A stretch of 64,000 nt of DNA from Carcharhinus amblyrhynchos (taxonomy: Eukaryota), in assembly GCA_965287045.1 (NCBI GenBank), contig OZ336878.1:105834001-105898000 (forward strand). Direction: 5' to 3'. The position numbers were made by a program, and so were the translations under genes. The notes below the pieces were generated by a model that saw only the letters and a program-made list of their open reading frames with translations, was not told the DNA's origin and did not search any database. This document shows, in pieces, positions 13,178 to 26,429 of this stretch; positions within the stretch are counted from its first letter, which is position 1, and each line of letters begins with the position of its first letter.

Positions 13178-14959
13178 CTGAATCAACATAAAGGAAGAAG
13201 CATAGCAAATTCATCAGTCGTTATTGTTTTTCTTTCTGCAGTGTAATTAATTTGCAGTTAATGCAGAACAATGTATAGTCGTAGCTATTTTTCATGTTTA
13301 ACCAAAGGAGGTGCTAATTTAATGAAACCTTAATACTCGTTGACGCGGAATACTCCCCAGGGACATAAATTAAACAATATCTTCAGCCAATCAAATATTT
13401 TTCACAAGTTATTTTCGGCTACTTTACAGCCTGTGCTGGAGAGGATACAGAACCTCGATGTTCTTAAATACATGTGTGTTTGACCACTGATAATTGAGCA
13501 GCAAAGTACAAACCTGCAACTGACAATTTGGTGCATTAGTTTTTTTTTCTGAGAATCAATGCCATTTTCTTCATTGCATAGAAAGTCCATGAAGGAGCAT
13601 ATGCCAACTGAAGCTTCAGATGAATGCAACATTCCTGTTGGCATTTATACTCTTTTTATCTTTCAGTGTCCAGTCACAGTGTTCAGAATATTGGAAAATA
13701 ATGAATATGTTTCTGATGAGATTTCCGTTAATCCTGCATTTTCCATTCTACTCCACTCTTTTCTGATTGTGTTGGAATGATTTGGGAATGCTCCTTTTCT
13801 TTGCAGGTTTTGGGGCAATGTTTACAAATCTGTTGATCAATATGTTGTTGATATACATTTGTAGAAACACCGTATCTTGTAATTCCATCTTTTCACCTCT
13901 CCGCCATTTTAGGCCAAATTTAAATTGTTTTAAATTTTCAAATGCTTTCCCTATGCCTTTCCAAATGCCCACCACTCTCTCCTCCTTTTAAGGAAATGTT
14001 TTGTTTTCGATTTTATAAAATATTTTTCGAAAATATGTATATAATGTATAAATATTTAACTTTGAAATACTCCATCTGTACCGTAGGTAGACCCTGTTAT
14101 TTTCATCGAAGTAGCCGCAATGATTTCATACTGAAGCGTGAACAGTGTTTCATCACTTCAAAATAAAGCACTCTATAGTCATATATCAATTATGTTTTAT
14201 TCAGATCTGTTGTTAGTAGTTCAATACTTGTTTCCAAGTTCCGATATTTTGGGCAATGATTTACTCGTCTTGTGTATGCACGTCGAACGACTTAAATACA
14301 ACTGAGTGAGGAAAGTATAAGAATACTTGCTGAATTTAATCTATTCAGTTTTATGTGAGATCCAGGAGTAGGCATCGCTAATATTTTTCTACAGAACAAA
14401 CCATTGTTCTTGTGTTGCAAGGCAGCAGCCAGCAGACATCGATATATGTTAATTGCAAGTAGGAGTAACTTGGGTCTCCGTAATTTAAATCTACACTATC
14501 GCAAAAACAAAACGGACTCACCGTTGCGACACTGAAACGTCCCAAGCGTGCAATGACACAATATCTCTTACAGGCAAATATTGAGTAAAATGTTGCATGT
14601 TCCGAACATGTCTGCACAAGATCCCATGTTAATGAAAATTGTTTGCAATCGACAATTAATGCTTCCAGAAAGAAAGAACTCGGCAGCTATTCTCACACCT
14701 CTTTCGTTTATTTTCCTTCATTATGTGTTACATCAATTCACTTGAGACTAGTGACAGTTCAATAAAAAAATGTTTATAAGTTTATACTTATATTTAATAA
14801 ATTCGGGCTTCTTATCCGTTTTAAAACAAAAACACTTTCTCAACCTGCCTTGCGAAAATGAAGATTCACCTCACAGGCACTAAAGTCTCCCCGCATCCAG
14901 ATGAGAATATTTCTCCAATAAAAGTAAAACCTCCACAGAAACAGACCGCCAAATCTATT

Positions 14960-15235
14960 CCATTAAGGTGAAGTGTGGGCACATGGGAATACAGCACCGG
15001 GAACTTTCCTTACATGCCATCATTGTTTGGAAAGATAGTGCCTGTTCTTCGCTATCGCTGAATTAAAATCCTGGATCTCCATTCCTCGCAGCATTGTGTG
15101 TGTGCACCTGCAACACATACACTGCAAAGGTTTAAAACTGCCTTCCACCACAGGAATATCAAGGTCAAGTGCCATAGGCAGCAAATGCTGACCTTGTCAG
15201 TAAGTAAAGTCCACATTCCAGCAATGAATGTGGAA
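14960..15235 (+). mobile_element. Old LINE 3'-end fragment whose tail resembles the SINE tail
   Basis: gggaatacagcacc...aaatcctggatctcc...gcaaatgctg...ccacattcc...aatgaat. Similar blocks at ~31060-31520 and ~57200-58010. Confidence 0.5.
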
Positions 15236-17627
15236 AATACATTCCTGATTTCCAGGTTTTTATCCTTTATTAAACGTTATGCCCTCCGCAGAGCATGTTA
15301 TTTCTAGCTTATACGGGCCTCTGTCACAGTATTAAAACGTGCTCTTCCACTCTTTGCTCCATTATTTTCCCCCTCTAAATGCATATGAATTCTTCTGCCC
15401 AGTTTTAATTATTGCCATTCCGCCCACTTATTTTAACTGTTGTTAGTCCGTGATAATCCAGTTCCACGTAAATTAAGGCAATCAATTTATCTTAGTGAAT
15501 TGTTCTCTTGATAACGCCAAAAAGCATAATTCGCCAAGCTAATAGTCACTTCTTCCGAAAACAACCTGGGGAAGCTTAGGCATGCTCGAGGCTCTGAACA
15601 TCAACGTGACGCTGGATTTAATATGTTCATGTTTCGCTGTTCTTCCAATAGTCCATCGTCCAGCGCTGTGTTCATGTAAATTCCGGGGCGTGAAGTACTC
15701 GGAATGGACGAAAAGTAAACGCTCCGTATCATGAACGCGATGCAACTAACTGAAATTTTAAGATTTCATTAACACGAACATTATGACGTTAATCTCGTCA
15801 ATTAGTGTTACTCCACAGAATGCGCTGAATAGAAACACAAATCGCAGGCAAACTCCTCCTTAAAAATCTAAGAATGATAATAGTAAGGAGACTTTCAAGT
15901 GTCCACCTCGCACATCGTTCGTTCAAAGCACATTGAACGTTGCAGCACGTTGCGTCAACTATTAGACCCCAATTAAAACCGAGGTGGTCTCTTCAATTAA
16001 TAAACTGAAAATCTGCGCTAAAAAAATCAAATAGTTATTAGTGGAGCCTTGGCAAATTGTGAATTAATGACTTTAAGATAACGTTTAACATCATGTAATG
16101 CGTATTTTCCACAACATTTTCGCTTTCAGTAAACTCCATGCCCTCTGTTTCAGCCCGAAGCCAGACAACGACCCATCTCTATTTTCAATTTACTCTCCTA
16201 CCAAATGTTTTAAATTATATTCGCCCGTCAGATTTCATCTGAATTTCGTACATCTATGACAGCCGTTTGCTTAGCTGTTTACTATTATTGTCAGCTTGTA
16301 CAGCCTGACAAAACTGATGCAACTGTAGGTCTGACGGTCTCGTCACGAATTGGAGTTGAAATGTCCCTCAGCCGTAAGATATATCTATCAGCAACACCAT
16401 TTTCTGGTCAACAGCGAGAGGTTTCAGCTCGCCATTGAATGCAATGACCAATCCACTCCAATAAATAATAAGTGCCCTATTTGCTGTACAATTGTCCTCC
16501 GAAATAACATTAATCTTTTGAATTGTCGGCACGATAACATCACGCTTGGTCGAAGCATGAATAGATTCAGCGTCGCACCTTGAAACAAAATGTGAGACAG
16601 GACATAGAGAGAAGTATTAAGTAAAATTATCGCCAATTTGGTCGACGACTGAGCTTCCGGAATGTATTAAAGAAAGACCGAAAGTAGAGGCATAACTATG
16701 AAGAATTGTCAACTGAATGCATGCCCAAGATTGCTCGAGAAATCATAATTAGGCAGACTCAAGACCTCGGTCAGTACAGGTAGCTCTGTAGGTTTTGGGG
16801 CGCGATAAGATCAAACGCGTCGTGTATTGCCATGACATTGAATGGATTTGTATGCAAAGCGCAATCTCAACACGTTGTTTCTCCGGTAGCGAATGCATTC
16901 AGTAAGCATGGGATAATGACCGAATTGGCGTCAATATAATGTTTCTCCAGCTCCAGTTCATTTCAGGCATGGAATAATTTGATCTGAATGATTAATTGCC
17001 GCAACCAAATGCTACAAGTCTTAATTTCATTGCGAGATCATTGGATGTCCCACTGTTTGTTATTAACCTAGCGACAGTGTGGCAGAGTGCTTTACGAGGG
17101 TAAGGCATATTAATTGATACCTACCAGTTCAAATGACTTACATGATGCAGAACGGGTCGGACAAACAGACTACACGATTCCAATAGTAAGTGCTCAGTCA
17201 TGAATGGTAGTTGCAGAAAAAACACATTTTCTATTACTTGCTGATTACATTACCAAGATATGGCCTAGCAATATGCATTGCTCTTGTGTGTCCAAGAATC
17301 AAGATATCCATTAGATAGTGGTGTGGATCTGAACCGGAAAGTATATAAAATGAGAACGGTTGATGTTTCTCCTGATCTTGAAGAACATGTGGGGTTCACG
17401 ATTTATCCCAAGCAGGTAGTGTATACGACATTGAAACTCCAGTTAATAGACCTGATTTTCAGCACTAAGTAATATTCCAATGTTTTTGTTTCGTCTAAAA
17501 ATCATAATATTATGATATTATGAACGGAATGCCACGAATAATAACTGGATGCTTCGCTCTATTATAGCATTTCACAACAACAGCACAAAATTTCAATTCA
17601 AGTTTTGATTTGTAAATGTCTGTATAC

Positions 17628-17663
17628 CTGCATCAGTCAGACGCTCTTTCAAAGATCTAATTT
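17628..17663 (-). CDS. Micro-exon, 36 nt, (E)IRSLKERLTDA
   Basis: Acceptor is a T-run followed by gcag|AAATTAGATCTTTGAAAGAGCGTCTGACTGATGCAG|gtatac. Confidence 0.9.
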
Positions 17664-18699
17664 CTGCAAAAAAAAAACGAATCAACCAAATGTTGTGAAC
17701 ATTGAATTGGTTAATGAATGCTACAATTCATAATCATCAGTTGAACCATTATGCTATTTGAGCTCTTTGCACTCGTAGGAGCAAGAAATTTAAGGCAGAT
17801 CAGTGGAATACAAAAAAAATGCACTCGAAACTTATTGGATGTTTTTTTGCCCGTTCAAGAAGATCGTGATGACAGAACCATTAGCAGTGCGTCATATTTT
17901 GAGAAATATTATATGTTTAATTTGTTTCTGCCAGAAAGTATTAATTTAACCCATTATTCATGCCATCAATTTAGCGTATCTCCAACTGTAATACGCATCC
18001 CACGCCATTTACCGAAGAAATGAATAGAAAGTGGATAACATTTTGATAGATTAATTTTAAATTATGATTCGCCTTAATGATATGAGACTCGTTGGGCAAT
18101 ATTTCCCTCCATTTGCAGCCAGCTGTCACTTAGCTTTTCACGGCATCTCTGTAAGTGAATATCTGATCGACTGGCCGTCAACAACAGTTATGCACAGTTG
18201 AATCGAATGCATGAGTCAGGTGGATCTATGCAGGCCCAAGAAGATGTGCTTAACGGCTGTTTTGAGGATCCCCGAAGTTGCACTCAGTTACACGAATCAT
18301 GGGTAATTGTCAAAGAAAATGATACAAGGAAGCCTCTAATGTGAAATTAAACATCAGCTCTGGAAATAAGGAGATATCCAAGGATTGCGTGACTTTTTTT
18401 TTTGTTCAAACGACGCTCAACTTGATGCATTAAGGACATTTCTATAACTGTGGACCATATGCATCTTATAAACTCAAGTAGCACAACACATTTCAGAAAC
18501 GGAATTTCCATAAATGCTACATGCAATATCGTGGAAATTGTAAGTACAAATCACATTTCCTCAAAGAAAACGTTTTTATATTCGCACAAGTGCTAATGGT
18601 AAATGAAAAAAAAAGATGAAGGGGAAGGAGCGTATCTTGTTGACAGGAGAATGAACATTGCACATTACAAACGATACTGTTCTCTCCCTGCAAGTATAC

Positions 18700-19095
18700 A
18701 AATCATCCACAACGCAGAATCGCTGAGCAGAAACTGATCGCCAAGTTCCGCACTCAGTGACAGCCTCAACCAGGATCTTGGGCTCGTGTCACACTATCTG
18801 TGACCCTCAAGACTTGCCTGGGCTTGCAAAATCTCCCTGTCCTGGCTGGAGACAATACACACCTCTTTAACTTGTGCTTAAACCTCTCTTCACCCACCTT
18901 GTCTGTATCTTTGAAACTTAATTGCCTGTAATGACTTGCATTCCCACCATTACCATATAAATTGTGTTTGTGTATAGATACCCTGTTTGTGAACACAATT
19001 CCTCACTCACTTGATGAAATAGCAGCACTCCGAAAGCTTGTGCTACCAGATAAACCTGTTGGACTTTGACCTGGTGTTAAGAGACTTCTTACTGT
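18700..19095 (+). mobile_element. Penelope-like element terminal fragment with a degenerate hammerhead motif
   Basis: gctgagcagaaactgatcgccaagttccgcac (EQKLIAKFRT, GIY-YIG C-terminal-like), then ttgatgaaatagcagcactccgaaagc...aaacctgttggact. Confidence 0.6.
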
Positions 19096-19231
19096 CAGGG
19101 GTACTAGCAGGGTAAACACATGGGGCTACGAAAGACATTCTGTGCAGGATTGTTGTATGTTGACTTGATGGGCCGAGTGGTTTCCTTCTGCACTGTAGAA
19201 ATTATATGATTCCATGTTTCTGTTGACTGAC

Positions 19232-19258
19232 CTGCATCCTTTTCACTGATTTCTTTTT
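19232..19258 (-). CDS. Micro-exon, 27 nt, (E)KEISEKDA
   Basis: gtgtttttgtttacag|AAAAAGAAATCAGTGAAAAGGATGCAG|gtcagt. Confidence 0.88.
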
Positions 19259-19974
19259 CTGTAAACAAAAACACGATCTAAACACGTTTTCTTCAGACTA
19301 TTTTTTTGTCTGAAGGGCAATTGACATTCTCCACAAATATGAACGGGGGCCTTTGAGAGAAAACATTGTAAATATCAATAGAAAAAAAGAAATGCGTTGG
19401 TGTAGTTCATAGAAAAAAAGAAACACACCATTATGTCGCATTCTCCCAGTTCGACGTGTTCAGAAGAAAAGTAAAAAAAAAACGTAGAAAATTCTGGGGT
19501 TTTTTCTAGAGCATGTATTCCATCACGAAACGAGGACAATTGCTTTGATTCCAGAGGAAATGAATTGGCTGAGGATGTATAATGTCTACTATTATATAAC
19601 GTAAAGAATACAAATAAAATTATAAAGTTCCATCACGAATTCATAAACACCATGTGATGGGGGCGATGTACCAAGGAGTAGTGACTTCGGGGGTTCACAA
19701 GCAGTTTCCTATATGACAGAAGAATGCGCCAGAGAAATCAATGTATCATTAATCTGTCCAGTAGCGAAAGCCATGATTAATGCACGAGAGCGCATGTTTT
19801 CATGAAAAATATACTAAAATAATAAAAGGAAACAATTTTACGAAGAAAGCAGAATCTCCGTAGAAAATTATCGAAACAATTAAGGAACTATAGCCGTAAA
19901 AAATGAAACAAGAAAGCTGAACAGAAAGGAAGTAATTTTGTCCTTTATTATCACTTTGGACAGCCATTTCGATG

Positions 19975-20360
19975 TTTTATTCGTTCATGAGGTATGGGGT
20001 CGCTGGCTGGCCAGCATTTATTACCCACCGCTAACTGCCCTTTTACTGAATAGCTTGTTAAACCATTTCAGAGGGAAGTTGAGAGTCAATCCCATTGCTG
20101 TGATTCTGGGCTCGCATTTCGCCCAGACGAGGTAAGGTCGCAGATTTCCTTCCCTAATTGATATTAGAGAACCAGATGTGTTTTTTCTTCGACAATCGAG
20201 ACTAGTTTCTTAGTCATCAGTAGATACTTAATTACAAATATATACATTTTTCATTCGTGTTCCATCAGCTGCCGTGATGGGATTCGATCTGGTTTTGCCC
20301 GATCATTAGTTGAGTTTTGGGAATAATAGCAAACGATAATGCTACTAAACCATCTCCTTC
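19975..20360 (-). mobile_element. tRNA-derived SINE, SacSINE1/DeuSINE-like
   Basis: Minus-strand head has A-box-like tggtttagtag and B-box-like gatcgaatcc. Same core as the 560 and 1340 copies. Confidence 0.65.
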
Positions 20361-22339
20361 CCTTCTCGAACTTACGTGTGAACGCAAATCCCCATATGTG
20401 TTAAATCACAATCGCATTCGTATTCAAAGTAGTTCGTTGAAAATAATTCCAAATTTTTGACTTTTTTTCATGAAATTTAGTTTAATTAGTTTACTGACGG
20501 CTCGGTTTTCATTTTCTAATTACTCTTCTTATCTTTTAATCTAATACTACAGAACACTACTTTTTTGGCACTTGGGCTGAAAGAATCCCGGTAGTGATTT
20601 ACTTGAAAGTACGATCAGGATATTGAATTTGATGGTCAGCTATGATCATACTGAATGCCAGCGCAGTCTCGAAGGGCCTTATCCTCTTTGTGTTTCTATG
20701 TTTCTACGTTTGTCACATTTCAACACTGCAGTCAGAACACATCCCCCTCTTCTATTTTAACGAATGTTTTTGGCGCCAACAGTATGCAAACTGTTCTCAT
20801 AATTTCAGAATGTGTACCTTGTAAAGTTTGCGGAGAATTCATGCTCTTTCCTATTCAATCCAATATATCCTTGCTAAAAATGGGGTACAGACATATAAAT
20901 ATAACAGATTGCCGGAAAAACGATCCATCCTTCGGAATTCTTTGTCTATGTATGCAACTCTACGTACGTTAAAAAATTACATTCTCTACGTTTCCCTTGA
21001 TATTTATCGTGATAAATTGGATTGTATGACAGTTATTGTCAAGCAGGGCATATGTGTGAAAGAATGCGCAATCGCATTTGGAAAGAAAAATGTTCGTTCA
21101 GAGGATTACACTTTCACACAAAGTTTTAAAAAGGTACATAGCAGAAAAGCGCAGAGCTAATTGGCCGATTCGATGCATATTTGAGACCAAATATGAAACA
21201 TCGTATCACGGTGTGACGACCAGGTCTAAGAAAATATACTAAGAATATTAAGCAAATCGGTTAAGAATAGCAAATCAAACAAGGTTGTGGAGGGAATGGC
21301 ATATCCAAATTCAACCAAAAAGAAATACAATTAGTTAAGAAAACAATACTATCAAATCATATAGGTTTATCAAACGATGCAGAGAATCTACGTTAAAAAG
21401 CGTAGCAGTAGGCAATATTTTTGAAATAATGATGCAACACAAGGAGATTTCAGAGTAATTAAGCAAGTAACTTGAAGGAAAACTGCAGCACGGATATATG
21501 GACATATCTGAAGTGCCGAAATGGAGGCAAAATTAAGCCGAGGATGGCGGATGAGGAAATAAATGGTTCAGAAATGACATTGGCAGTTATACGTGAATTC
21601 TACCACGTTCGAGAAATAAGACCCAGGATCAGAACTAACATTTAACTGAGGTAGCAACTGCACTAGGTGAAATTCCAAAATTTGGAAGTGTGATAAAGAA
21701 TTGTGGAGAGAAACAAAAAAACAGACAAATAGTATCACCGGTGAACTCTGAGGTTATTAGTTGCTGAGTGCTGCTGTCATATTCCTTCCCCCAAATGGAT
21801 TAGATATAACCCAATACACAGCGAGATCATTAGCGGTAGAATCTCACAAATATTCACGATGTATATTAAGACATGTTATTTTGGTTTTGTAAGCATGAAT
21901 GTAAAGACGAATTTGCATTGCAAACCTCTGATAGATCTTCCTAAATATTATAGTTACTGGATTCATTTAATAATGTTCATAAGCCATGGGAAAGATAATT
22001 GAAAAGTTGTTTGCCCCTGAAAACAATTACACAGTAAACATATTCCGTTTCAACAGTTACAACTCCAGGTTTTGGAGCTTGAACAGCATGCCGTTTCAGG
22101 GCGGTGCATCAAAGAGATACAGACCTCCGTTGTCAGAACACTTATAGATGTAGCCGCAAAGCAGCACAATAATGTCAAGAGCGAGAGTTACTGCGTGGAC
22201 AATACAAACCAAAACTAAAACAATGTTCCTTGAGTGCATTCCACCCTCCAACAAGTACTTAATTGCGGACGTTGATGAGCGTGAACCTGCAAATAAAGGC
22301 TTCAGCCATAAGCGTGACAATGACACCACTGGTGGTTCA

Positions 22340-23250
22340 GCTGTAAAAATTAGCACAAGGAGGAGTGGATAAGAACAAAATAAGGATATAATATCTCGAG
22401 GAACAGACCAAACTATAAGCCACTGCAAATTTGAAGCAAGAAAGTAGTTTTGCCTCTATTATGCCAAAGTTAACGATGTAGCATGTTTTTTTTCGCAGAG
22501 TATCCTTAGATGGAGTATCAACAACAAACAACAGCGATCCATATTGTTATGAACATCCTACGCAGAAACACAAGGATATTCCCCAATCACAATTTGGTAA
22601 GCAATAAAGAAGCTAGTTAGATAACCCTAAAGGCAGTAATCTCTGTATGATTGTAAATACCATGCGCAAAGGATCTAGCGAAATCAAAACAAAGCTACAT
22701 AGTACAACACGGGAACACAACAGGTTGCTAAGAGACATGTTCAAAAGATGTTTCGCATACATGGGATCTGTACAAGTCGAACGGCTTGTACATATGATGA
22801 AACACGACTGAGTGTTTTGCTGTGTTCACTCTTAGGGAGAATGGAACCTGAATAGCTAGGGTAATGATCATTATTAATAATTGCATAGGATAATTTGAAT
22901 AGAACAGTGGAGGAAACATATGGACCGACGATTTGAAATTGGATATCATTTAGTTTGATTAGAATGAAAGTGCAAGTCATAAAGTGAAAATCGGGAATAT
23001 TGTGCATACATTAATGGACAGAGTATGCTGATTTTTTAAACAAATTAGGACATATTCTCTTAGTGTCAGTTCGTGGAAGTGGTTATAACAGACGCACAGT
23101 AAAGAGGCCGTTCTAGTGTCAAATATTAACAGTAAATAATTGTTCCTGAATGTCAACAAAACAGTGTAAACAACATTGGCTGCCGCTATTGACCAAAAGG
23201 GAATTGCACCAATGTGGAAAAATCGGATGTCTCACCTGTTCAAGAACAGA
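22340..23250 (+). mobile_element. Highly decayed LINE ORF2 fragment
   Basis: Patchy resemblance to LINE endonuclease-RT linker sequence; no intact frame. Confidence 0.3.
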
Positions 23251-23699
23251 ATGTGTTTCCTGCGAATTTGGGATTTGAACGTCGAATGGAATGGCTAGGA
23301 GTGAGCTGGGGATTTTTTTGGGGGGAGGGCGGTGGGGGGCTGATATTGCTCTCGCTATATGTTACACACTAATGACCAAGATGTGGCTAAACAAAGTTCA
23401 AGATAATTGCAGAGAATTTTGAGAAGTAACGAGAGGTCCTAATTCCGCGTTTTTTTTTATTTTCTAAAAATAGATAGAAATAGATTTTTTAAAAAGGATA
23501 TCTAGCCGAACGCAGAATATGTAAAATAACATTGTAATGGAAAACTGTATAACCGTTCCAACATGCATAGATATTAAATGTTCGCAATTGGGCTATGCTA
23601 CTTGTTAAGATAGAATGGCCGTACTGGTAGGCTCTGTTCTTCGCATTAAGTTGAGACAAGTCTCTCAAATTTTAGAAGGAGGACATTGAGGGAACGGTG

Positions 23700-23995
23700 A
23701 ACATTAGCCTTCTAGGTGCCACAGTTGTTTGTCCTGATGCCTCGCAATAAGATTCCATCCGTGAATCTCTGTGGATATTGCATATTCTGGCGACATCAGC
23801 GTGGGCTTCCTCTGGGGCCGCAGTTTCCTCCCACAGTCCAAACATGTGCAGGTTAGCTGGATTATTCGTGGGAAATTGTCCGTTGGGGTCCAAAATATGT
23901 AGCTTAGGGGAAATAATCGGGTAAATGCCGGTTATTAGGGCGGGATGGTATAGGGTGTAGTTTCGGGGTCACAGTCCTCTGACCGAGTCCGTAGA
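23700..23995 (+). mobile_element. V-SINE (HE1-like), degenerate
   Basis: V-domain core cagtttcctcccacagtccaaacatgtgcaggttag, shared with the copies at 30340 and 40790. Confidence 0.75.
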
Positions 23996-24013
23996 GATAT
24001 ATTAATCTAGATT

Positions 24014-24729
24014 TGCTGTAGAACAAGAACAAGAGTAACAATTATCCAATTACTGCAGGGATACAAATCTCAATGCAGTAGTACTGGATCGCGCCAGACG
24101 GAAGAAAAACAAACGTTTACAGTTAAAACGATACATTTATATTAGCGCAACTTAAAATAGAGACAGTTGATACACAATCAGGGTACTGCCTACATCAACC
24201 CACAGTCCGGAAGCTCATCCACGACCAGACCTCCCACTGCCTGACTACTATGAGCTTAACTTTCTAACAATCATACCACCACCCGCCCCCCCAACTCCTC
24301 GCCACACAACGTCACACTTTCATCAAACTGATTAACACCCACCTTGGACTCGGGTACCTATCGCGTCCTGCGTCGGCTAGATGTCTAATAAGTCTCCACC
24401 CGCAGGTCCAAAGGGCCCAAGCAGCCATCCAACTGATTGTGAAAGGCAGCAGCCAGATCCCGACTCAATCGCCAAATAGCAGGGAATCCGCCTTTCCTGA
24501 TGACAGTCACCAACCTCTAATGTCTGACCAAAGAGCTGCCTACCCCTGCGAAAAAGACTACCCCTCCTTTTCCAAGGCTGGACATCACCATAGCCCCTAC
24601 AATTCCTCCTAACCTGGTGCACCAATCAAGAATTTCCGCCACGAGTTGTCTCCCACTCTACTGACTCGTTCACACCCATCACCCCTATATCCGACCGCTA
24701 GCCATTCCAAATGTCTGGTTACTGCAGCA
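24014..24729 (-). mobile_element. Solo-LTR-like segment
   Basis: Inverted termini tgctgtag ... ctgcagca (TG...CA) bracket a compositionally distinct C-rich block. No clear TSD. Confidence 0.4.
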
Positions 24730-25728
24730 CAACCATCTCGGTCTAGATCCTGGCCCCGTTGTGCAAAACATATCCACTTGCATTAGAAACTTCACTCCAT
24801 GATGCTCCCTCAAATTAAGTGTAACCTTAAAGATTCAAAACTTCGCGGCACAAAGAGCAGAGGAAACGGGCGAGACGTACTTCGTCAGAGCTCAACGTGA
24901 GGCATTGTGGGTAACTGCGCTGCTGGATACTGTCTGGCTTCTATCACGAAGGAAGAGGCTGGCGCCGCGCAAATTAGCCCTTGGTAACTGGCGACGAGTG
25001 GCAATCCCATGTCAATCGGACCACGCAACGGCCATTTACACATTTGTTTATTGAACGAACCCAGAAAGAAATGGTTAATTTGCATTTGAAGGAATACGGA
25101 TGCACACATCTCTTCTCAATAAAGTTGTCATTCATTGTTTTATCACAAGCCAAAAGTAACACAACAAAATGAAATTTATTCCATAGATGTGCACATGATA
25201 TCGCCATTTTGGTCAATTAGCCACAGACTTTAAGACAGCAGGCGCAAATGGATCGCACTTCAAGCTGATATATTGTTGAAGATTCACACCTTTGAGATTT
25301 AATGCTGTGTTTGATGTTTCTACGTCTAAAATCCAAAAACAGTTACAGTTAATCAGAATCCCAATTACTTGTCAATGAGTCACCTCTTAATGTTCACCTC
25401 ATAATAGAAAGAAGAGTTGACGTTGTAATTATACCACAAAACATAAAATAAGTTCTGTCATCTTATCCAAATGGCAGAGCATCAAGTGAGAAGAGCAAAA
25501 ATCATACCTTTCGAAAATGGCTAATAAATTGAGAGTTTTGGAAAGTGCATGCTTATTATTTAGACATCAGTTGTGACGAAGTAGGGAAAAGATGAATGCA
25601 ATTTGTACCTGAAGGGAAAAGGTTAAAGGATTTTGTCCCTAGAATATGTCACAAACATAACCCTTCATCATTACTGTTCTTCTCAAGCTTATACAGCTCG
25701 TGACCTTAATATAAGCTATTTGTTCATG

Positions 25729-26274
25729 TGTTACATTGTTTAACTCTCATTTTCATAAAGTCAGATAGTTTAATGTGGCTGTTACTTTGCAGACTTTGCG
25801 AATCTTACCCGTTTGTGTTAGTTGGACGTTATTACACAGTTGGTAGTTTACGATACGGGCTTTTGACAGTTGCTGATGGCAGATCGCGATGCCGGCTTTT
25901 AACAGGAAGAGTTCTGCTGGGGCAGCCGCGATCGCACAAGTAACTTCAAAGACCGGGATGTCTGTACTATTGCAGAAAGGTTTTGCCTGGTGGCCGTGCG
26001 TTGTGACTGCAGCTGCCAGCTGGACTGTGAATCGTGATTAAATCTGGGACTTTATCACGACCAAGGAAAACCCGGAGTTGTAGCCTTAATGGGAAACTTG
26101 GAATCATTTCACCAAGACTCATGATGTATAAATGCTCGCTTATGTTTGCGTTCTATGAAAAGTCTGCAGTCCTGTTTCTCCCAAAATTCTGGACTGCACC
26201 ACAGAGTTTTGAAATAAAAAAAAACACTGTATTTTGACTCAGTAACTGTTTCAGTTATTATTTTATCTACAACA
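25729..26274 (+). mobile_element. Solo-LTR-like segment
   Basis: TGTT...AACA termini, tataaat at ~26128 and aataaa at ~26213, in LTR-like order. TSD not evident. Confidence 0.35.
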
Positions 26275-26429
26275 GTGACGGCAAATGGAAGGGAAGTCAG
26301 GGCAGTAATTTACAAAGAAGTAAGGACCGAATGAACAAATCATTCAAAACACTGGCAGGTCCAATGATGAAATGAAACTTTACTAAGTATCAAATGGAAT
26401 ATTGTCATTTGAGGCAAATCCTATTCGAG

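Noticed and set aside
13748-13990. Superficial likeness of the minus-strand peptide to the RAG1/Transib C-terminus (MELQDTV, INRFVN, RINGN)
   Set aside because: The catalytic SEGNE-type motif is absent, motifs are in the wrong order, and only a few residues match.
22131-22325. TGTCA...AATAAA...TGACA mini-LTR
   Set aside because: Short, no matching TSD, and lies among decayed LINE sequence; could be chance.
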